Positions 9,891 through 19,588 are shown, counted from the first letter of the stretch. The stretch: DNA of 64,000 nucleotides from Actinomycetes bacterium (GCA_037131045.1 JBAXRV010000002.1:6838-70837); one strand, 5' to 3'. Translations and numbers: made by a program. Notes: generated by a model not told the origin, from the sequence alone.

Positions 9891-11720
9891 TCATTTGTAA
9901 AGCGCGTTAATAGAGTCAGCGAAGTCGCTGTTAATCAGGTGTCGCTTGATACTGAGTTTTGGTGTGAGGTAACCGTTTTCAATCGTGAGATCAATTGGAA
10001 GAATTTCAAACTTCTTTATAGCCTCCGAGTTTGATACCGCTTCGTTGGCACTATTCACAGCCTGCTGCACTATGGCACGCACTTCACTGTTATGAACTAA
10101 TTCCTCAATCGGTGCGGCAGCAATTCCATGAGTGGCAAGAATTCCGGGCAGTGCCTCTTGGTCCAACGTCACCAAAGCGGCGATGTATGAACGTCCATCA
10201 CCGACCACAACACACTGACTCACAATCGGGTGCGCACGTAGGCGGTCTTCAAGAATGATGGGTGCGACGTTCTTGCCTGCAGAAGTGACGAGTAGTTCTT
10301 TTTTGCGCCCAGTTATATACAGATAACCGTCGTCATCAATTCGTCCAACGTCTCCCGAGCGGAACCATTCTCCATTGAGTACTTCGCGAGAAGCGTCGTC
10401 GTTATTCCAGTAGCCACTGAAAATGTGGCCACCCTTAAGCAAAATTTCGTCATCCGTGTCCAGCATGACTTCAGTACCAAAAATAGGTCGACCTACTGAA
10501 CCAATCTTTAGGGCTTGCGGAATATTCAAGGTGCTTCCAGCCGTTGTTTCTGTGAGCCCGTAACCTTCGAGAACAACGAGCCCTAAACCCCGGTAGAAAT
10601 GCCCGAGGCGAGAACCCAGAGAAGCACCGCCTGAAATAGCATGTGTGACCCGATCGCCTAAGGCCGCGCGCATCTTAGATAACACGAGGTGATCAAGAAT
10701 GAAATATTTCACCTTGAGTCCGATTGAAGTTTTTCCCGAATCTAAAGATTCGCTGTATGCGATGGCACTAGCAGCGGCAGCATCGAAAAGTTTGCCTTTG
10801 ATGGGACTTGCATCGTGGGCTTTCGAACTGGCGCTATTGAAAACTTTTTCAAAGACTCGAGGTACTGCGAGAACAAAAGTCGGTTTAAACGTTGTCAAAT
10901 ATCGACTGAGCGCGCCAACATTGGGACAGTACCCGATGGTGACACGAGCGCGAATCATTGCAACCTCGATGAGTCGGCCAAAGACATGAGCCAGAGGTAA
11001 GAACAATAATGTCGAAGCGCCTTCTTTCAGGAAGACTTCTGGAACTCCAGTGATGAGGTTGTCACACTGCGTCATGAAGTTACCGTGCGTGAGAACGCAA
11101 CCCTTGGGGCGTCCGGTTGTCCCAGACGTGTAAATGATTGTTGCCACTTCATGTGGTCCCACCTCATTTCTACGTTGGTCAAGCACTTCGTCGGAAATGC
11201 CTTCGCCGCGGCTGATGAGCTGCGCAAATACATCTTGAGAAAATACATAAGTGTGTTGCATGTCAGGAACTGTTGCTGAGATTTCATTGAATGGATGTAA
11301 AGTGCGGTCAGCTTCAAAGAATGTTGCAACAACACCAGCGTCTTGCATCATCCATTGCACTTGCTCGGCAGAGGAAGTTTCGTAAATCGGGACTGTGATC
11401 GCACCCACATACCAAATGGCGTAATCAGCGATCGTCCATTCAGCGCGAGTGCGTGAAAAAATCGCAACTCGCTGGCCAGCGCGAATCCCATCAGCAATGA
11501 GACCTTTAGCAACACCACGAACTGTGTCGCGCATTTGCGTTGCGGTGATGTAGGTCCACACACCGTCGGCTTCGGTAGCCATAACGGGTTTATCAGGATG
11601 TGTGTGCGCGTTGAATTCCACATGGTCTGATAAATTCCCAGACGTCGGGAAAGCTACGAGCGCTGGAGTGCTGGCCTGACGCACGGGTTCCTCCAAGGGA
11701 AAACTAGGTTTACGTGACAT
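9891..11720 (-). CDS. fadD15: Long-chain fatty-acid--CoA ligase (FadD15-like)
   Basis: AMP-binding motif IIYTSGTTGRPKG, then YGLTET, GWFRSGD and ITGRKKEL. The ORF-track start (12032) overlaps the divergent plsC. I place the start at ATG 11720 (MSRKPSFPLEEP...), giving 609 aa. Confidence 0.85.
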   Translation of the reverse strand: MSRKPSFPLEEPVRQASTPALVAFPTSGNLSDHVEFNAHTHPDKPVMATEADGVWTYITATQMRDTVRGVAKGLIADGIRAGQRVAIFSRTRAEWTIADYAIWYVGAITVPIYETSSAEQVQWMMQDAGVVATFFEADRTLHPFNEISATVPDMQHTYVFSQDVFAQLISRGEGISDEVLDQRRNEVGPHEVATIIYTSGTTGRPKGCVLTHGNFMTQCDNLITGVPEVFLKEGASTLLFLPLAHVFGRLIEVAMIRARVTIGYCPNVGALSRYLTTFKPTFVLAVPRVFEKVFNSASSKAHDASPIKGKLFDAAAASAIAYSESLDSGKTSIGLKVKYFILDHLVLSKMRAALGDRVTHAISGGASLGSRLGHFYRGLGLVVLEGYGLTETTAGSTLNIPQALKIGSVGRPIFGTEVMLDTDDEILLKGGHIFSGYWNNDDASREVLNGEWFRSGDVGRIDDDGYLYITGRKKELLVTSAGKNVAPIILEDRLRAHPIVSQCVVVGDGRSYIAALVTLDQEALPGILATHGIAAAPIEELVHNSEVRAIVQQAVNSANEAVSNSEAIKKFEILPIDLTIENGYLTPKLSIKRHLINSDFADSINALYK

Positions 11721-11830
11721 TATCCCGTTCAGGCACAATTGGGGCGGCAAAGAGTGCACTTTTTCGCGAGTGTATTTGGCTAGCGAAACACTCGGTTCGC
11801 CAAGAGAATTCAACACTGTGATGGCGAATT

Positions 11831-12562
11831 GTGCGCAGGTCCAAGGGTGGCTACGGTGGACTTGTGGCTGAGAGCGATAACTTCTACCGATTCCTGAAAA
11901 AGGTTGCCATCGGGCCGGCAATCGAGGTGACTTTTCATCCCTGGATTGAAGGCTTAGAAAATCTCCCAGAATCTGGAGCTGCGATTCTGGCGAGTAATCA
12001 TTTGTCTTTTTCAGACTCAATCTTTTTACCAATAGCAGTGCCGCGCAAAATTACATTCTTAGCCAAAGCTGAGTACTTTAATGCACCAGGGTTACGAGGA
12101 AAAGTAACTGCAGCATTCTTCCGTGGTGCCGGACAAGTACCTGTTGATCGCACAGGCGGCAATGCGGGAACGGCTGCGATTGCAACTGGCGTGCGGTTAC
12201 TTAAAGAAGGACACTTGTTAGGTATTTACCCCGAAGGTACACGTTCTCCTGATGCACGTCTGTACCGTGGCAAGACCGGCGTTGCTCGGATGGCGCTAGA
12301 AGCGCGAGTTCCTGTAGTTCCAGTCGCCATGATTAATACTGAAAAAGTACAACCTATTGGTCGCTCAAGGCCCAACTTCAATGTCGATGTGGGCATCCGA
12401 ATCGGCAAGCCATTAGATTTTTCTCGGTATTACGGAATGGAAGATGACCGATTTGTATTACGGTCACTGACCGATGAAATTATGTACAAAATTTTGGATT
12501 TATCGGGGCAGGAATATGCAGACATGTATGCCTCACGAGCAAAGACCATTGCAGGCGAATAA
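11831..12562 (+). CDS. plsC: 1-acyl-sn-glycerol-3-phosphate acyltransferase family protein
   Basis: NHLSFSDS (H-x4-D acyltransferase motif) and IYPEGTRS. From memory, positional equivalent of Rv2182c. The exact start is uncertain (GTG 11831 or a downstream GTG/TTG). Confidence 0.8.
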   Translation: MRRSKGGYGGLVAESDNFYRFLKKVAIGPAIEVTFHPWIEGLENLPESGAAILASNHLSFSDSIFLPIAVPRKITFLAKAEYFNAPGLRGKVTAAFFRGAGQVPVDRTGGNAGTAAIATGVRLLKEGHLLGIYPEGTRSPDARLYRGKTGVARMALEARVPVVPVAMINTEKVQPIGRSRPNFNVDVGIRIGKPLDFSRYYGMEDDRFVLRSLTDEIMYKILDLSGQEYADMYASRAKTIAGE

Positions 12563-12615
12563 TTTTCGCAAGAAAATCACCGCATGTATGCGAAGGTGTA
12601 AAAACTTTTTGGTCG

Positions 12616-13836
12616 TTAGTGAGTAACTACGCTGCCAAGTGGCTGATTGATTTCTTCGAGCAATGAGTGAAACCACTCTTGATTAACATTAAAGGGTTTT
12701 GCTCCAGCAACGCGATCGAATTCGCAAGCCCGGATAATGTTTTCATTGTCTTCGTCTTGTCCAACAAGTCCACTGATACCGCGAAGGGCTGCTTCAACAG
12801 CAACTTTGGCACATTCACGAATGAGATCTTGGTCGCGAACATTTGCAGGCGCTGAACGCGCGTAGTAGCCACTTTTTTGAACGAGAACTTTATTGGCTCC
12901 AATCATCGGAGCAAACTGTTCAGCGAACCACGCACCTGGATTAATCTTGTCTATTTTGACGTGCCCAAATGCATCTCGTGGGACCTCTTCACCACGTTCT
13001 TGCATTTCAGCCACGATTGAATCAACGCCAGCGCCTTCGGAAAGGAATATGTTGACATTTCCCACGGTGTCCATCACAGCAGACAAGCGTTTTGCTTCAG
13101 CAGTCAGATCTAATGCGAGCTCAGGTATGTAAACCGCATGGATTTCTCGTCGTGAACGGGAAACACCTAGTGCGTTGAGCCATTCAGTGTCATCGAGAAG
13201 CTGGCGATAACTTACAGCGGTTGCAGCTGTGAGCCAACCACAGTGGCGACCCATCACTTCGTGGACGATTAACATACGTGTGTTCGAAGTGTGTTCTGAA
13301 ACCACATTGCTGAAGTACCGAGCACCTTCGTCCGCAGCCGTCCAAGCGCCGAGCGACTGTGCAATCGGGTAGACGTCATTATCGATGGTCTTAGGCAGGC
13401 CGACCACGCCCAAGCCATAGTCATTGCGGGCCAAAAAAACTGCCAAGTCTGCAGCAGCGGTATTAGTGTCATCGCCGCCAATTGTGTGCAGTACATCGAC
13501 ACCATCTTTAACGAGTTGATCGGCTGCCACTTGCTGAGGATCTTGCCCTTCGCGCACAAGCCCTCGAGCTACGCAGTCGGCAATGTTAGTTAATTTCACG
13601 CGACTGTTACCGATCGGACTTCCACCAAAACTCTGAAGTAAATGTGCGTGAGCGCGAATCTCGGGCGTGATGACAATCGAGTCACCGCGTAAAAGTCCGT
13701 GGTAGCCATTTTGATAAGCAATAAGTTCAATCTCGGGTGCAATCCGGGTGTATTCCTCAATCAGCGCCCCAACAGCCGATGATAAACACGGCGCCAGTCC
13801 ACCTGCGGTCAGGAGTGCAACTTTCTTAACAGCCAT
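12616..13836 (-). CDS. pfp: Pyrophosphate-dependent 6-phosphofructokinase
   Basis: LLTAGGLAPCLS, TIGGDDTN (GGDD rather than GGDG, the PPi-type signature), LPKTIDND. Confidence 0.85.
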   Translation of the reverse strand: MAVKKVALLTAGGLAPCLSSAVGALIEEYTRIAPEIELIAYQNGYHGLLRGDSIVITPEIRAHAHLLQSFGGSPIGNSRVKLTNIADCVARGLVREGQDPQQVAADQLVKDGVDVLHTIGGDDTNTAAADLAVFLARNDYGLGVVGLPKTIDNDVYPIAQSLGAWTAADEGARYFSNVVSEHTSNTRMLIVHEVMGRHCGWLTAATAVSYRQLLDDTEWLNALGVSRSRREIHAVYIPELALDLTAEAKRLSAVMDTVGNVNIFLSEGAGVDSIVAEMQERGEEVPRDAFGHVKIDKINPGAWFAEQFAPMIGANKVLVQKSGYYARSAPANVRDQDLIRECAKVAVEAALRGISGLVGQDEDNENIIRACEFDRVAGAKPFNVNQEWFHSLLEEINQPLGSVVTH

Positions 13837-13928
13837 AAGGCAAATCTACTCGTTCGTTTCGCGAGTGCTGCGCAATGCTGGCAGCTTGCGATTTAGTATT
13901 CCTACTCGATGACGGCTAATCTAGTTCA

Positions 13929-15248
13929 ATGTCCGCAATCAATTGGCCAGACCTCGAAGCCGCACAACAGCCCAACTGGCCTGATGCTGCAGCTCTTGCA
14001 AACGCCCAGGACATTTTGCGTGTCCTACCACCGCTGGTTTTTGCTGGTGAATGCGACGAACTAACCACAAAGCTGGCAGATGTTAGCCGCGGCAACGGTT
14101 TTGTTTTGATGGGTGGAGATTGCGCCGAAACTTTTGCAGCAAATACCGCCGACTCAATCCGAGCCCGTCTGAAGACTTTATTGCAGATGGCAATCGTTCT
14201 GACGTATGGTGCGTCACTACCAGTTGTGAAGATTGGGCGAATTGCTGGCCAGTACGGGAAACCACGCAGCGCGGATTTAGAGACCGTCGATGGAGTGTCG
14301 CTTCCTTCGTACCGAGGTGATGCGGTCAATGGAATTGAGTTCACAGCGCAAGCTCGTATCCCAGATCCGATGCGTTTGGTGCAGACTTACCATTCCAGCG
14401 CAGCAGCGCTGAATCTGGTGCGGGCTTTTACGCAAGGTGGCTATGCAGATCTGCGCCAAGTTCATTCGTGGAACCAAGACTTCGTTGGGAGTTCGACTCC
14501 AGGTAAACGCTACGAACAGATGGCAGCGGAAATTGATCGCGCTCTCGCGTTCATGGCTGCCTGTGGTGCTGATCCAGAAGAATTCCGACGTGCCGATGTT
14601 TACGCAAGCCACGAGGCATTGTTGCTTGATTACGAAAAGCCGATGACACGAGTTGATTCGCGCACTGGAAATCTCTACGACGTTTCAGCACACTTCCTGT
14701 GGATTGGAGAGCGCACTCGTGACATCAATGGCGCTCACGTTGACTTTGCGTCTCGAATTAAAAACCCAATCGGCGTCAAACTTGGCCCGAAGTCATCTCC
14801 AGATGTAGTGCGAGCCCTGCTCGACAAACTCGATCCTGACAACACGCCAGGTCGCATCATGCTGATTACTCGTATGGGATCGGGTCAGATTCGCGAGGTC
14901 ATGCCTTCGATAGTTGAATCTGTTATGCAGACGGGTCACCCAGTCACCTGGGTATGTGACCCGATGCACGGTAATACTCGCGAAACTTCCAGTGGTCATA
15001 AGACCCGCCTATTTGACGATGTGCTGGATGAAGTCAAAGGCTTTTTTGAAGTACATCGAGCCACTGGAACACACCCTGGCGGCATTCATATTGAACTCAC
15101 AGGTGACGATGTCACCGAATGCCTCGGAGGAGTTGGTGGAGTCAGTGAAGACGACCTTCCATTCCGGTACGAAACAGCATGTGACCCAAGACTTAATCGG
15201 GTACAGAGCTTGGATCTAGCATTCCAAGTTGCAGACATGCTGCGCTAG
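13929..15248 (+). CDS. aroG: Class II 3-deoxy-D-arabino-heptulosonate-7-phosphate synthase
   Basis: 439 aa, with GRIAGQYGKPRS, WIGERTR and CDPMHGNT motifs typical of class II (AroA-II) DAHP synthases. Confidence 0.9.
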   Translation: MSAINWPDLEAAQQPNWPDAAALANAQDILRVLPPLVFAGECDELTTKLADVSRGNGFVLMGGDCAETFAANTADSIRARLKTLLQMAIVLTYGASLPVVKIGRIAGQYGKPRSADLETVDGVSLPSYRGDAVNGIEFTAQARIPDPMRLVQTYHSSAAALNLVRAFTQGGYADLRQVHSWNQDFVGSSTPGKRYEQMAAEIDRALAFMAACGADPEEFRRADVYASHEALLLDYEKPMTRVDSRTGNLYDVSAHFLWIGERTRDINGAHVDFASRIKNPIGVKLGPKSSPDVVRALLDKLDPDNTPGRIMLITRMGSGQIREVMPSIVESVMQTGHPVTWVCDPMHGNTRETSSGHKTRLFDDVLDEVKGFFEVHRATGTHPGGIHIELTGDDVTECLGGVGGVSEDDLPFRYETACDPRLNRVQSLDLAFQVADMLR

Positions 15249-15260
15249 TTCACTGCGCAA

Positions 15261-17198
15261 TTAAACAATCTTGAGAATAATCAGCGAACCCTTGGGTGCT
15301 TGACCGTTGGCACTTTGGGAGTACACCTTGTTCAAAATCACCACTGCAAGTTGTTTTTCGGTTTGCACTTGGAAACCAGCGTCGGTGAGAAGTTTCGTAG
15401 CTTCAGTAACATCTTTACCCACCACGTTGGGAACATCGACTAGAGCAGGACCCTTACTCACAGTGACTTTAACTGTTGAACCCTTAAGAACAGACTGACC
15501 TGGTAGGGGATCAACTTGCAGAATAGAACCGGCCACGCTGTCATCAAACAGTTGATCGGTAACAGAAATCTTTAACCCAAGGGCAGCCAATTTTGCAGTG
15601 GCCTCTTTCAGGTCAATGCCACTGATCGGTGGAATAACCACAGGTGCAGGACCCTTAGAAATAACAATCGTGACTTCGGCAGCACGCTTAACTTTGAGCC
15701 CAGCGGGAGGGTCAGTAGTGATTACAGCGCCGGCTTTAACATTGTCGTCATACTCTTGTCGAGTCGCGGCCACAGTCAGCGTGAGTGCCTCGAGTTCACT
15801 CTGGGCATCAGCAGGACTTTTACCAACTAAGTCAGATGGAATTAAATATCGTTCTTGTCCTTTTGATACGAAAATGGTCACCGACTTACCGCTACGCGCT
15901 CGAGTGTCTGGCTCGGGCTTGGTGTGAACAACTGTTCCCTTGGCGACAGTTTCGGAAAATTCATTCACTGTTTTGGCTGACAAACCAACATCGTTAAGAG
16001 TTGAAATCGCTGTGTCTGACGTTTGGCCAACAACATTTGGCATGGATATGTAGCTGCCGGTAAAGGTGTACCAGAACGCACCAGCAGCAGCAATTGCAAG
16101 AAGCACAAATAGGAACTTCATCGGCCTGCGCTTGCGCTTCGGCTTGATGGCAACGCGGCGAGTAGGTTCACGTCGAACAGGTTGGTTCGTTGTGATGTGC
16201 GTTTTGCTTCCAGGCTGCGCTTTGTGTGATCCCGTGCGACGAACTGCAGATGTGTCACCGTCGCGATGAAGGCGTGGAGGCTCTGTGAGTGGCATAGCAA
16301 TAGTAGGGTTCGTGCTCATTGCAACCGTGATCGACTCGGCAACGGGCACCGCGCTTCGTGCGCGCACGGTTACGTCAAGAAAAGTTTGTGCGCTTTGAAT
16401 TCTGTCGTTTGGATCTTTGCGGGTTGCAGCTAAAACCAGATGATCGACTGCGGGCGGAACATCTGTTTGGTAAATACTTGGCGCAGGAACTTCACGGCTC
16501 ACGTGTTGATAGGCAACATCAAGGGGCGAAGAGCCTGTAAATGGCACCCGTCCTGTCAGCATTTCGAAAAGCAAAATTCCAGCGGAGTACACATCGGAGC
16601 GTGCATCTATCGACTTTTGCTGCACTTGTTCGGGAGATAGGTACGCCATTGTTCCAAGAAGGAACGCGCCAGTTGAGTCACTCACTGGAGTTTCATTAAT
16701 GACGCGAGCTAGACCAAAATCGGTTACCTTGACGTGTCCTTGTGCCGTGATGAGCACATTTTCGGGCTTGATATCACGATGTACGAATCCAGCGTCGTGG
16801 GCACTTGCCAATCCGGCTAATACTGACGCCATAACCTCGAGGGCATGGGCACTGGCAAAGGGTCCGTTTTGGGTGAGAACTTCTCGTATTGTGCGACCCG
16901 GAACGTATTCCATGACCAGATATGGAAAACCCTCGGCAATACCTTGATCATGAACCGCAACCACATTGGGATGGGTCAAACTTGCAGCAGCCCGCGCTTC
17001 TTGCGTAAAGCGATCAACAAATCCAGAGTCAGTGATCAAGGATCCTGAGAGGACTTTTATGGCAACTGATCGACCTAAACGCAAATCGCTAGCTCGATAC
17101 ACAGTGGCCATGCCACCACGTGCGACTAATTCTTCGACTCGATAGCGACCATCAAGAACTCGACCGATAAACATATCGGAGGCGTTAGAGGTGGTCAT
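15261..17198 (-). CDS. Transmembrane Ser/Thr protein kinase with four extracellular PASTA domains
   Basis: Hanks kinase motifs (GGMATVYRA, VAIKV, HRDIKPEN, DFGLA, SPEQ), a single TM helix (FLFVLLAIAAAGAFWYTF), then four repeats of about 65 aa each ending in ...SKG (PASTA). Sits at the pknL position of the conserved locus. Confidence 0.9.
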   Translation of the reverse strand: MTTSNASDMFIGRVLDGRYRVEELVARGGMATVYRASDLRLGRSVAIKVLSGSLITDSGFVDRFTQEARAAASLTHPNVVAVHDQGIAEGFPYLVMEYVPGRTIREVLTQNGPFASAHALEVMASVLAGLASAHDAGFVHRDIKPENVLITAQGHVKVTDFGLARVINETPVSDSTGAFLLGTMAYLSPEQVQQKSIDARSDVYSAGILLFEMLTGRVPFTGSSPLDVAYQHVSREVPAPSIYQTDVPPAVDHLVLAATRKDPNDRIQSAQTFLDVTVRARSAVPVAESITVAMSTNPTIAMPLTEPPRLHRDGDTSAVRRTGSHKAQPGSKTHITTNQPVRREPTRRVAIKPKRKRRPMKFLFVLLAIAAAGAFWYTFTGSYISMPNVVGQTSDTAISTLNDVGLSAKTVNEFSETVAKGTVVHTKPEPDTRARSGKSVTIFVSKGQERYLIPSDLVGKSPADAQSELEALTLTVAATRQEYDDNVKAGAVITTDPPAGLKVKRAAEVTIVISKGPAPVVIPPISGIDLKEATAKLAALGLKISVTDQLFDDSVAGSILQVDPLPGQSVLKGSTVKVTVSKGPALVDVPNVVGKDVTEATKLLTDAGFQVQTEKQLAVVILNKVYSQSANGQAPKGSLIILKIV

Positions 17199-17292
17199 TG
17201 GTCAATTCTAAGGTGAATGCCTGCAACGACGAACCTACTCAGAAAACGGTAGATTCGATAGGGGAAATAGCGACTTTTTGCTAGGAGGCCGT

Positions 17293-17631
17293 ATGGCGAA
17301 GTTCGCGTACTTAGGCGTCTTAGCGTTTTGTCTGTTGGGTACCGCATGGCTAGAGGTTCTCTTAAAGACTCGCGTATATCGTCGGGCACTACGTCTGGCC
17401 TGCTCGGTATTCCCAGTAGTAGCGATTTATACGGTCTGGGATGCCTATGCCATTGCTGCTGGTCACTGGACATTCGATGCGCGCTTTGTCACGGGGGTTA
17501 CCGTGATCGCAGATGTCCCATTTGATGAGATTTGCTTTTTTATTGCGATACCTATTTGTGCAATCTTGACTTTGGAAGCGGTGCGAAGTGCTCGCGGCTG
17601 GCTAGCAGGGGACGAAGGTGATCAGGCGTGA
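17293..17631 (+). CDS. crtYc: Lycopene cyclase domain protein, heterodimeric cyclase subunit CrtYc
   Basis: About 112-aa three-TM protein with VPFDEICFFIAIP (P-x-E/D-E cyclase motif). AGGAGG 5 nt upstream of ATG 17293 (the ORF-track TTG at 17278 is less likely). GTGA overlap with crtYd. Next to crtB. Confidence 0.7.
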   Translation: MAKFAYLGVLAFCLLGTAWLEVLLKTRVYRRALRLACSVFPVVAIYTVWDAYAIAAGHWTFDARFVTGVTVIADVPFDEICFFIAIPICAILTLEAVRSARGWLAGDEGDQA

Positions 17632-18026
17632 CGTATACGGCGTTGGCACTACTAGGTGTGCTGGTTGCAGTCGTGTGCGACGTTTTTATTGCGCGAACAA
17701 AGTTAGTAACTCGCCGAATCTTCTGGGTCTCTTACTGCATTATTTTCGTTTTTCAATTGCTGTCTAACGGCGCGTTAACCGGATTTCGAATTGTCCGTTA
17801 TAGCGATGCCGCAATTGTGGGTTCAGCAACACCAGTTGATCATGCTCCGCCAATGTTTGGTGATGGTCGACTAATGTTTGCCCCCTTTGAGGACATACTG
17901 TTTGGATTTTCCTTAGTGCTGTTCACTTTAACTATGTGGGTCTGGCTAGGAAGGCGCGGCATGCAACGAGAACCGCACGCCGGACCGCCACATGAAATCA
18001 TGCAACGAATTCTTAAACGCAAGTAG
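17628..18026 (+). CDS. crtYd: Lycopene cyclase domain protein, heterodimeric cyclase subunit CrtYd
   Basis: 132-aa TM protein with APFEDILFGFSLV (second P-x-E-D cyclase motif). Translationally coupled to crtYc. Confidence 0.7.
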   Translation: MTYTALALLGVLVAVVCDVFIARTKLVTRRIFWVSYCIIFVFQLLSNGALTGFRIVRYSDAAIVGSATPVDHAPPMFGDGRLMFAPFEDILFGFSLVLFTLTMWVWLGRRGMQREPHAGPPHEIMQRILKRK

Positions 18027-18055
18027 CTCGTCGGAGTTTCGACAATGAGTGTGGG

Positions 18056-18964
18056 CTAGGACCAGAGTGCCCGTGCTCTGAAATATGCAGGTACAGCAAC
18101 GGAAAGTCGACGTTGAAGAGAAACTGTTGCGCGCTTATCAAAAATCTCATAATCAATCGCTTCCACAGCATCAACGATTCCGCAGTACAAGATGCGCGCA
18201 GTCTCAATGCATGGTCGGGCACTGGCACCTAGAAGCTCGATTCCTGGACGAGACTTTTCCTCTAAGTCACGTACTCGACTGATTTGAAATTTGAGCGCTT
18301 CCTTGACATCGGAAGTAGCCTTGCGCTTTTCCAAAGTTTCACGAGTGACATTAAATTGTGCCAGTTCGGTGAGTGGCAAGTAGACCCGTCCGCGGTCCAA
18401 ATCCTCTGATACATCGCGAATGAAGTTTGCGAGCTGGAATGCAACACCGAGTTGTGTCGCATGTTCGTAAGCAGCGCTTGACGTGGGCTCAAGAATTGGC
18501 ACCATCTGCAACCCAATAACAGCTGCCGAGCCGTACACGTACTCATATAAATCGTCGTAGGTGTTGTAGTGATTAACCGTCAAATCCATAGTCATGGAAT
18601 GCAAGAATGCCTCGAAGTGTGCTTGTGGGATATTCCAACGGCGAACCGTGTCTAAAACTGATCGACATACGGGGTCATCGGAAGTACCTGACTCGTATCG
18701 AGACAGAAAGTCCTGTCCCCAGGTATTTAATGCCTCCGCTTTTTCAACATCGGTCAGAGTGGAGGACAGATCATCAACAATTTCATCTGCGTAGCGCGCA
18801 AAGCCGTACAAGGCGTGCACAAATGGGCGTTTTTCGGGGGGTAGTAACAGGGTTGCTAAGTAGTAGGTTTTCCCGTGTTTCTTGTTCAGTTGGCGACACA
18901 ACTCATACGAGGCTCGTAGTTCTGGGTCATGAATGCCGGCAGCATCAAGGTCTCGGTTACTCAC
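18056..18964 (-). CDS. crtB: Phytoene synthase
   Basis: YLATLLLPPEKRPFVHALYGFARYADEIVDD (first Asp-rich motif) and ANFIRDVSEDLDRGRVYLP (second), 302 aa. Confidence 0.9.
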   Translation of the reverse strand: MSNRDLDAAGIHDPELRASYELCRQLNKKHGKTYYLATLLLPPEKRPFVHALYGFARYADEIVDDLSSTLTDVEKAEALNTWGQDFLSRYESGTSDDPVCRSVLDTVRRWNIPQAHFEAFLHSMTMDLTVNHYNTYDDLYEYVYGSAAVIGLQMVPILEPTSSAAYEHATQLGVAFQLANFIRDVSEDLDRGRVYLPLTELAQFNVTRETLEKRKATSDVKEALKFQISRVRDLEEKSRPGIELLGASARPCIETARILYCGIVDAVEAIDYEIFDKRATVSLQRRLSVAVPAYFRARALWS

Positions 18965-19138
18965 GAGGGATATCCTGCCACCTCAAGTGAACTTAGGCGA
19001 TGTGAGTAATCAACTCAGCAGTGTTAACAGGCTAGAGCTTCTGTCATGTCAATTGATGAGTCGTTATGTGCTGCCCGTATCGTGGGAGATGCACATTCCA
19101 CTTAGTGTTACCGAGTCTCCCATTGAGGTGAAATACCG

Positions 19139-19579
19139 TTGAGTCAAGTTCGTTCCGGCCTTTTGTCAGCGTTACTTAAGGCGCACTACCTCAAAGGGGC
19201 ATTGCGATGGAAAATCGAGATCAGTGACGAGATTTTCGTGCAGGAGCTGGCCCAATCTGCTTGGCAAGGCTGGCTTCTTGATACAACAGGAGCTAAGTCT
19301 AAAGATGAAGTCATGGCGATGATGGCACACCAACTTGAGTTCACTGATTCATTTAGCGGAAGTTTTGAATCGTTTGAACAGTGCCTTGTTGGTCTCAATC
19401 ACAGTCAGCCAACTTTTCTTGTGTGGCGTGGCTGGGAACAATTTGTGCGCGAGAGTCGTGACGATGCTCGTATCATCGGTGACATCTTGGACACTGTCTC
19501 TATGCAGTGGCCCGGTACCGTGTTAGTTGTTGGAAGAACGGGTGACTTCCCTGACATCGGTGAACTCAGCCAAAGTTAA
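19139..19579 (+). CDS. Barstar-like (ribonuclease-inhibitor family) protein, orphan
   Basis: The C-terminal 90 aa align by eye with Bacillus barstar. KSKDEVMAMMAHQLEFTDSFSGSFESFEQCLVGL..PTFLVWRGWEQF matches [45 protein letters not shown]. TTG start with GAGG upstream. The N-terminal 40 aa and the true start are uncertain. Confidence 0.55.
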   Translation: MSQVRSGLLSALLKAHYLKGALRWKIEISDEIFVQELAQSAWQGWLLDTTGAKSKDEVMAMMAHQLEFTDSFSGSFESFEQCLVGLNHSQPTFLVWRGWEQFVRESRDDARIIGDILDTVSMQWPGTVLVVGRTGDFPDIGELSQS

Positions 19580-19588
19580 GGGCAACAA

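Noticed and set aside
11721-12032. N-terminal ORF-track extensions of fadD15 (104 codons), the GT2 (27095-27226), the aldehyde dehydrogenase (30447-30629), gabT, crtI, rseP, dapB, truB, azlC, azlD and the CDP-alcohol transferase
   Set aside because: Each extension overlaps a confident neighbouring gene and lacks family sequence. In every case an internal ATG or GTG adjacent to the neighbour's stop, or with a better Shine-Dalgarno, fits the conserved N-terminus.
17195-17473. 92-aa minus-strand ORF whose stop overlaps the kinase start by 4 nt, suggesting an upstream coupled gene
   Set aside because: It is antisense to crtYc over 180 nt, has an Arg/Pro-rich composition and no motif. crtYc has a strong AGGAGG ribosome-binding site and cyclase motifs.
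18965-19138. Operator for light-responsive regulation in the crtB / barstar-like divergent spacer
   Set aside because: Only 6-bp palindromes (GTTAAC, CAATTG) are present and they have no symmetric flanks. No LitR/CarH-type regulator gene is in the window, so nothing is firm enough to report.
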